This document shows positions 58,018 to 64,000 of a DNA stretch of 64,000 nucleotides, piece by piece. This stretch comes from a virus. Taxonomy: Duplodnaviria > Caudoviricetes. The stretch is taken from the IMG/VR virus record IMGVR_UViG_3300029288_000090, positions 32,001 to 96,000 of that record; one strand, 5' to 3'. Every line of letters begins with the position of its first letter. Position 1 is the stretch's first letter. The notes under the pieces are model-generated. The model had not been told where the DNA came from, did no database searches, and saw nothing but the letters and a program-made list of their open reading frames with translations. The position numbers and the translations under genes are program-made.

Positions 58018-59965
58018 AAATGTAATTTCCTATTTAGACTACTTATATGAGAAAGATTACAAAGAACGTCCAGTAGATATAGAAACATTTATATGTGATA
58101 ATAAATTTTTGGGTCAGTCAACAAATGGAGGAAAAGCTATTTATGATATTTGGAAAACGGAATTAGGTACAATCTTAAATGAAGACAGTCGAACATTGAT
58201 AGTTCTTACTGGGGCGATTGGAACAGGAAAAACTACAGCAGCATATATAGGGATGGCTTACACACTTCATAAACTATTATGCTTAAAGAACGCTTGGAGA
58301 TTTTTTGACCTTTCTGATGCCAATAAGATGGCAGTTACTTTTTTTAATCTGACTAAGGATTTAGGGAAGTCTCGTGGATTTGGTTTACTTCAATCATTTA
58401 TGTTCAAGTCTCCTTGGTTCATAGATAAGTCTAGTAGTGTAACAGGAAAAGTTTTTCCAATTGTTAACTTCCCTTTGTTTGAATATGTTTTAGCTTCTCC
58501 TTATAGCAAAGGTTTTGGTACAGTTGGACTCAACGTCATTACAGCAGTGATGGACGAAGTTGATGATCCAAATGAATCTGTAAAGCAAAAGCAGAGAGTG
58601 CTCAAAGCCTATGATGCTACTGCCCGACGTTTTGAATCACGATTTGTTATCAACGGTGAGAGTCTGGGACGATTTTGGCTTGTTGCCTCCAAACAAGAAG
58701 AATTGTCTTTCTTGAACGTTTTCATTAAGCAGATGAAAGGATCCAATAGGGTTTACGTTGTAGATATAGCAATCTGGGATGCTAAACCTTCTACAAATTA
58801 TTGTGGTAAGAAATTTGCTGTCAAAATAGGAGATGCTTATACACCACCTAAAATTCTAACGGATAAGGAAGCAGTTCAAGCTTCTTCTGAAGGTGCAACT
58901 ATAAAATGGATTCCCATTGAATATAGGGATGATTTTGAGAGAGACATAGTAGGAGCTCTTCGGGATATTGCAGGAGTTAGCGTTGATGCATCCAGAAAAG
59001 GAAAGTTATTTAATTCTGAAAAACTTCTTCTACAATGTTATGATGAGACAAAGGTCTCTCCTATTTCTACAAATGTTATAAACACTGGGCTTAAAGACCA
59101 AAAAGATTATATTACGTATTTTGATCTGACTAAATTACGATCTCCTTTGAATGTTCCACGGTACATTCACGAAGATATAGCCTTTTCAGGGGATGGAGAT
59201 TGTGTTGGATTAGGATGTTCTCATGTTAAAGAATGGAGAAAGGTTCCGATCCAAAAAGCTGACGGATCTTTCACTGAAAAAAGAGTGAAGGTTGTAGAGA
59301 CAGATTTTACAATTCGCTTTAAAGCTCCTCCTGGAGATCAGGTTCCTGCATTCAAAGTTCGTAAGTTGATTTTGGATTTACGAAGTAGAGGACTTAATAT
59401 TAAGAAGTTCACAGCAGATTTAGTTTTGGCTTCTACTGATACTGCACAGATTTTAGGAGATGCTGGAATTACGTGTGAATACCTTTCTTTAGATCGTACT
59501 CCACAGGCGTATCTTGAGTTTAGAAATGTAGTTCTTGAGAATCGATGGATTAGTGGTTTGAATGCATATCTTCATATTGAACTCAAGAATTTGGAGTATG
59601 ACGAAAAAGAAGGGAAAGTTGATCATCCTGATAAGTTTGTTGAAATAGAAGTTGCCAAGGATGGAGATGTTCAAGAGTTAGTTATGGATGGGAGTAAGGA
59701 TATGGCTGACGGTACAGTGGGGTCCGTTGTCTCTGCATTGTGGGAAGGGGTTACGCCTCCAAATGTCAAGGAGATGGAGAAAATTCTTGGTAAGGTAGCC
59801 CCTTCTCCTGGAAAAATGGATACTATGCAAAAGTTAATGAATGATCTTACAGGAATTGCATTAGCTAAAGAAATTCCAACAGTTAATAAGGAGAGAGTTA
59901 TTAGTGATGATAAGAAACGATTTCAAGGAATGCTTAAAAAATTAGGGAGGCCCAGTAGATTCTAA
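58010..59965 (+). CDS. Terminase large subunit
   Basis: LTGAIGTGKTT Walker A, VMDEVD Walker B, RNase H-like HEDIA...D, KVDHP...SKD.AD. Confidence 0.85.
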   Translation: MAKNVISYLDYLYEKDYKERPVDIETFICDNKFLGQSTNGGKAIYDIWKTELGTILNEDSRTLIVLTGAIGTGKTTAAYIGMAYTLHKLLCLKNAWRFFDLSDANKMAVTFFNLTKDLGKSRGFGLLQSFMFKSPWFIDKSSSVTGKVFPIVNFPLFEYVLASPYSKGFGTVGLNVITAVMDEVDDPNESVKQKQRVLKAYDATARRFESRFVINGESLGRFWLVASKQEELSFLNVFIKQMKGSNRVYVVDIAIWDAKPSTNYCGKKFAVKIGDAYTPPKILTDKEAVQASSEGATIKWIPIEYRDDFERDIVGALRDIAGVSVDASRKGKLFNSEKLLLQCYDETKVSPISTNVINTGLKDQKDYITYFDLTKLRSPLNVPRYIHEDIAFSGDGDCVGLGCSHVKEWRKVPIQKADGSFTEKRVKVVETDFTIRFKAPPGDQVPAFKVRKLILDLRSRGLNIKKFTADLVLASTDTAQILGDAGITCEYLSLDRTPQAYLEFRNVVLENRWISGLNAYLHIELKNLEYDEKEGKVDHPDKFVEIEVAKDGDVQELVMDGSKDMADGTVGSVVSALWEGVTPPNVKEMEKILGKVAPSPGKMDTMQKLMNDLTGIALAKEIPTVNKERVISDDKKRFQGMLKKLGRPSRF

Positions 59966-59966
59966 T

Positions 59967-60341
59967 ATGAAATCACTTCAAGACTTTTTTATAGATGCTT
60001 GGAGGTGGACTTGTAAGCTTCCTCCAATAGAAGTAGGAAATCATCCTTCTTTTGAATCATTGCAAGTGACTGAGTGGGATTCTTTATTTGAGCAGTTGAT
60101 GAGGAATCGCCTAATTATGGGTTCCTTTCGTTATGAGTTATTTTCTGATCCTACCCCTTTTAATTATGATATTGTTGGGGATAATATCAGACGTCTTCGT
60201 TTGTATGAAGAGGACGGAAATTTGGAACATTTAGTAGACGTAGCTAATTTGTGTATGAAAGAATTTCATAAAGGACGACACCCTAAACGTCATTTTAAGA
60301 GCTCTGATGACGGGATTCATGTACCAAGATCACATATATGA
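59967..60341 (+). CDS. Small helical protein, possibly all-alpha dNTP pyrophosphatase-like
   Basis: MRNRL.MG..RY, GN.EHLVD.AN..M.EF. Confidence 0.35.
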   Translation: MKSLQDFFIDAWRWTCKLPPIEVGNHPSFESLQVTEWDSLFEQLMRNRLIMGSFRYELFSDPTPFNYDIVGDNIRRLRLYEEDGNLEHLVDVANLCMKEFHKGRHPKRHFKSSDDGIHVPRSHI

Positions 60342-60597
60342 TTTGTAGCACGTACAGTGTCACGTGGAGTGTTTTTCGAGTATTGCAATGACTAATCCAG
60401 ATGTAAACCAATATTGGAAATATCATATTGAAGAGGATCCTAATTCTCCTCTAATGTACAAAGTAGTCCGTGGAGAAACTATTTTTGCAAAATGTAGAGA
60501 TAGAAAAGTTGCAAATATTATTTTGAGCTATTATATCAATAATGAATCTAAAGAAGTAGACGGAAATACAAAATTACCATATGAATAGGAGAATGAA

Positions 60598-61263
60598 ATG
60601 ATTCTTATAAAACCGTCTGTTTGTTATTTAGCAGGAACAAATCTTCCTCTTGAGTTAATAGAACAGGCTGGAAGAACTTGCTACAAATCTGAAGATAAGA
60701 TAACTCCAGAATCCAATCAGAATTTCGTTAAAAAGTTGTTAGAGAGAGGGCATGAAGCAGTTATTGAACACGCATCTATGACCTATAGAGTAGTTTGTGA
60801 TAGAGGAGTTACGCATGAGATAGTTCGTCATAGACTATTTTCCTATTGTCAAGAGAGTACAAGGTATTGCAACTATTCAGGAGGAGTTACGTTTATTATA
60901 CCTCCTTGGTGTGGATGTATAGAGGAAGGAGAGTATTCTAAAGACAATTATGGATCTTATCATTGCTCTGATAAACTTCAAGAAGAGGATGTATGGTTTG
61001 TTCTTATGAACAAGGCGGAGAGTTCATATAAGGTATTGATAAATGCTGGTTGGTCTCCACAGCAAGCTCGATCAGTTCTTCCTAATTCTTTAAAGACAGA
61101 AATAGTCATGACAGCTAACTTACGGGAATGGAGACACTTCTTTAAGATGAGAACATCCAAATCTGCTCATCCTCAGATGCGTGAAGTTGCTTTTATGATC
61201 CTTAAAGATGCAGTACAAAGAGTTCCTATTTTATTTGACGAGTATCTTGCAAATGAATGCTAA
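60598..61263 (+). CDS. thyX: FAD-dependent thymidylate synthase
   Basis: GRTCY, GH..V.EH, RGVTHEIVRHR..SY.QESTRY, AR.VLP, N.REW.HF...R. Confidence 0.95.
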   Translation: MILIKPSVCYLAGTNLPLELIEQAGRTCYKSEDKITPESNQNFVKKLLERGHEAVIEHASMTYRVVCDRGVTHEIVRHRLFSYCQESTRYCNYSGGVTFIIPPWCGCIEEGEYSKDNYGSYHCSDKLQEEDVWFVLMNKAESSYKVLINAGWSPQQARSVLPNSLKTEIVMTANLREWRHFFKMRTSKSAHPQMREVAFMILKDAVQRVPILFDEYLANEC

Positions 61264-62089
61264 TGATATCCTACAACTATTAAGGGTTAGGCATAACGGG
61301 GATGTATTCATTCCTGAATGCAATGCTAACTATGCTAGGATAGATGCATGGGCTATGAAAAAGTCTTGGTCTCATCCTTTACTAACTGGGTATGAGATTA
61401 AGGTTAATCGATCAGACTTTTTAAATGATAAGAAGTGGACTGCATATCTTCCTTATTGTAATGAACTTTACTTTGCTTGTCCTACTCACTTAATAGAAGT
61501 AAATGAAGTGCCCGAAAATTGTGGGCTTCTTTGGACTTCAAAAACAGGGACTAGATTATATACAAAGAAGAAAGCTCCTTATAGAAAAGTAACTATTCCT
61601 GAAACGTTTTGGAGAAGTATTCTTTTTTCAAGGGTAAAGATCATTTCTGAAATATCAAATAAACATGGAGAGAAAGAATTTTGGAAAGAGTGGTTAGAAG
61701 AAAGGGAATTAGATCATAGGTTTGGTTATCATGTTTCTTTATCCATTAGAAAAAGAGTAGAAGAAGAGATAGAAAAAGTTCAAAGAGAAAATAGGATTCT
61801 TCAAAATCAAATAGAAACCTTTGAAGAGATTAAGAAGATTTTAGTTGAATTAGGTTTGGAGGGTTGTAGTAGTTGGAAACTGCATCGTCAGGTATCAGAT
61901 AAAGTCAAGGAGTTTAGGAGAGGATATACAGACGATTTGATAAGAAGAGGAGAATCTCTACAAATATATTTAAAATCCTTTCTGGAAGAAGTGAAAAGAT
62001 TAGAACAACTTGGAAAAGATGTAGACGATGGATCAACAACACAAGAAGAAGATGGACAGGGTCAACAATTGCCAACAACTTCAGAATGA
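61253..62089 (+). CDS. PD-(D/E)xK nuclease (MmcB-like) with coiled-coil tail
   Basis: RIDAW, GYEIKV.RSDFL.D.KW..YL.YC..YF..P. Confidence 0.7.
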   Translation: MNANDILQLLRVRHNGDVFIPECNANYARIDAWAMKKSWSHPLLTGYEIKVNRSDFLNDKKWTAYLPYCNELYFACPTHLIEVNEVPENCGLLWTSKTGTRLYTKKKAPYRKVTIPETFWRSILFSRVKIISEISNKHGEKEFWKEWLEERELDHRFGYHVSLSIRKRVEEEIEKVQRENRILQNQIETFEEIKKILVELGLEGCSSWKLHRQVSDKVKEFRRGYTDDLIRRGESLQIYLKSFLEEVKRLEQLGKDVDDGSTTQEEDGQGQQLPTTSE

Positions 62090-62667
62090 TTTAGACGAAG
62101 CAATTAGAGCAGTTATTGAAAAGCATAAACCAACTTATTCTGAATTGTTTTTTGCTCTTCTTTCTGTTCATAGGAGTTGGGCAGATATGATGTTGGAGGA
62201 TGAAAACGATGGCATTATGGTTTGTCCAGTACAAGAAATTTCTGGAGATCTCGAAAGAGATAAGAAATTTTACGATAATTTGAAGAAGGAATTTGATTTG
62301 AGCAATACTATAACTCCACTAAGAAGAAGGAGATTTTTCAATGAGTAATACGTTTAAAATATATGCCCTTATTTTTATTTTTGCATTTTTAGGAAGTTGG
62401 TTATGTATATTTATAGTAAATCTTTTAGAGGTAAAGGATAAATGTAATCCAGATTGTATAGTAAAAGACTACATATATAGTACTCCTTGTGAAGCCAAAC
62501 AGGAAGTTCCTCTGGATCAATTTACTATAAGAAGTAAGCAAGATTTAGACTGTCTAACTTCTATTCTATTAGTTAGACATGAACCAACTCAAGTATCATA
62601 TGTCGTACTAACTCACCCACGTGGTGTTGCTATTACAAAAGCAGAATAGTCATATAAGGAGATACCC

Positions 62668-62844
62668 ATGATTAAATATCTAATTTTGTTGCTGTTTTGT
62701 ATCTTATGTATAGGATGTGGATCAGCTGTTGTTGTCAATGACGGTCCCAAATCTGATGAGACCATGCAAGAGAAGGAAGAAGGGCCTACGACAACGTGGA
62801 CTATTACTGTGGAACCTAATACAACTCAAGGTTGTAGAAAGTGA
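62668..62844 (+). CDS. Small lipoprotein (58 aa, below ORF-track cutoff)
   Basis: AAGGAG RBS; MIKYLILLLFCILCIG-C lipobox; stop overlaps the next start (GTGA). Confidence 0.6.
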   Translation: MIKYLILLLFCILCIGCGSAVVVNDGPKSDETMQEKEEGPTTTWTITVEPNTTQGCRK

Positions 62845-63662
62845 GACATTTTATGAATAAATATTTTACACATGGTTTTCTACTTCTTTTGGGAATAGCT
62901 ATTGGAATTTTAGGAGCAAACTATCTGGAGATTCATAAACCTGTTCCAGAAGAAGTCAAGGTTGCTAATGAGATCTCACAGGTCGTCAATGGAGTCAGTG
63001 AATTGGTTCAAGATTCTGGAACAAAAGTAACTATTACACGGACAGTCACAGAAGGGAAGAAGGAAACAAACAATTCAGTAACATCATCTACAGGAAAATC
63101 TGATAATCACTTCTTCCGTCTCTTTGGTCCAGATCGAGGAGCTAACGATGCAGGATCAGGAGTTCAGCCACTGACTACAAATGGAACCTCAGTAGGTGGG
63201 AGTAGAAATTGGGGTGTTTTGGAGAGAATATGGAGTTGGGTTGTCAATTGGATTTGGACAATCAGTGTAGTTTCTGTTTTGTTTTTCTTAGCATTGGGTG
63301 TTATGTTCTTTATTCCTGCGACCAGTACCATAGCTGCAACTATCTTTCAATGGATAATGTCTGTTATTCCTGTTTTGGGGACAATAATATCCAGTATATT
63401 CTCGAAGATAACTTTGGGGAAACATACAACAGCTAGTTCGGAGATAGTCACTGGAATAGACGAATTTAAGGATGCTGTTGCAGATGAAGATTTTATAACA
63501 GCAACAGACATAACATTTACTTCAACAGACAATTTAACGGATAAGGCCACTGCACTGACTGTCAAGATCAGAAAAAGAGTCAGGGAGTTGTTGAAGTTAG
63601 CTTGTAATAATAGTCAGGATAAAACCACAAGAGAGTACGTCAGTTCCGTTCAAGGAAGTTAG
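62841..63662 (+). CDS. Multi-pass membrane protein
   Basis: N-terminal TM plus two hydrophobic segments near residues 130-190. Confidence 0.6.
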   Translation: MRHFMNKYFTHGFLLLLGIAIGILGANYLEIHKPVPEEVKVANEISQVVNGVSELVQDSGTKVTITRTVTEGKKETNNSVTSSTGKSDNHFFRLFGPDRGANDAGSGVQPLTTNGTSVGGSRNWGVLERIWSWVVNWIWTISVVSVLFFLALGVMFFIPATSTIAATIFQWIMSVIPVLGTIISSIFSKITLGKHTTASSEIVTGIDEFKDAVADEDFITATDITFTSTDNLTDKATALTVKIRKRVRELLKLACNNSQDKTTREYVSSVQGS

Positions 63663-63664
63663 AA

Positions 63665-63940
63665 ATGACTGTATATGTAGATCCGTTGCGTACTTGCTTA
63701 AAGAACAAAAATTGGAGATCTACCAGTTCTTGCCATCTTTTTGCTGATACTACTGAAGAACTACATACGTTTGCCAAACGATTAGGCTTGAAGGCAGAAT
63801 GGTTTCAGCCTATTAGTAGTTATTCTCATTATGATTTAACAGAAAACAAGAGGAGAAAGGCAGTTCAGTTAGGGGCTGTTGAAGATGATGGACGTATATT
63901 GATGGAGAAAATTCGTGGGAAAAGAAAGAAAACTACTTGA
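63665..63940 (+). CDS. DUF4031-family protein
   Basis: VYVD, CHLFADT.EELH.FA.RLGL...WFQ, HYDLT..KR..A...GA. Confidence 0.85.
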   Translation: MTVYVDPLRTCLKNKNWRSTSSCHLFADTTEELHTFAKRLGLKAEWFQPISSYSHYDLTENKRRKAVQLGAVEDDGRILMEKIRGKRKKTT

Positions 63941-64000
63941 AGGTATTACAATAGCAGTTGATTTTGATGGAACCGTCGTTTGTATGGATTATCCATACTT
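63915..64000 (+). CDS. HAD-superfamily hydrolase, 5' fragment
   Basis: GTG start after GGAG; IAVDFDGTVV motif I. Confidence 0.7.
   Translation, partial: MGKERKLLEGITIAVDFDGTVVCMDYPY

Noticed and set aside
62668-63662. Spanin/holin lysis cassette
   Set aside because: The lipoprotein plus membrane protein pair is suggestive, but gene order and topology do not match i-/o-spanin and no endolysin is adjacent.

Overview
This AT-rich (roughly one-third GC by eye), densely coding window is part of a large tailed dsDNA phage genome. It has three transcription blocks. (1) 1-9.9 kb (+) is a glycan-synthesis cluster: two NDP-sugar epimerase/reductases, RmlC, five tandem paralogous GT-A glycosyltransferases, two more GTs and a B12-binding radical SAM enzyme. 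(2) 10-34.5 kb (-) holds a sigma factor, many small early/accessory genes behind duplicated sigma70 promoters, a large secreted dockerin-like protein with a lipoprotein partner, HNH-FolE, primase, SNF2 and DnaB helicases, and an initiator gene with iteron-like repeats. (3) 34.7-64 kb (+) starts with an ~820-nt non-coding tract tiled by ten predicted RNA structures around an initiator-like tRNA-Met. It continues with a 7-deazaguanine DNA-modification locus (QueE, DpdL-like T-fold, radical SAM/SPASM, GTDC1/QTMAN-like GT-B, DpdA), beta clamp, UDG-PolA with an HNH intein, clamp loader, SSB, UvsY-like, RecA, RuvC, split Rad50/Mre11, PRTase, QueD, GroES-like, terminase and ThyX. Dockerin-like and DPN motifs suggest a Phycisphaerae (Planctomycetota) host. 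The best candidates for new biology are a possibly glycosylated, clamp-coupled 7-deazaguanine DNA modification, the tiled structured-RNA array, and a dispersed ~160-bp composite DNA module. All calls come from motifs read by eye; no searches or folding programs were run.
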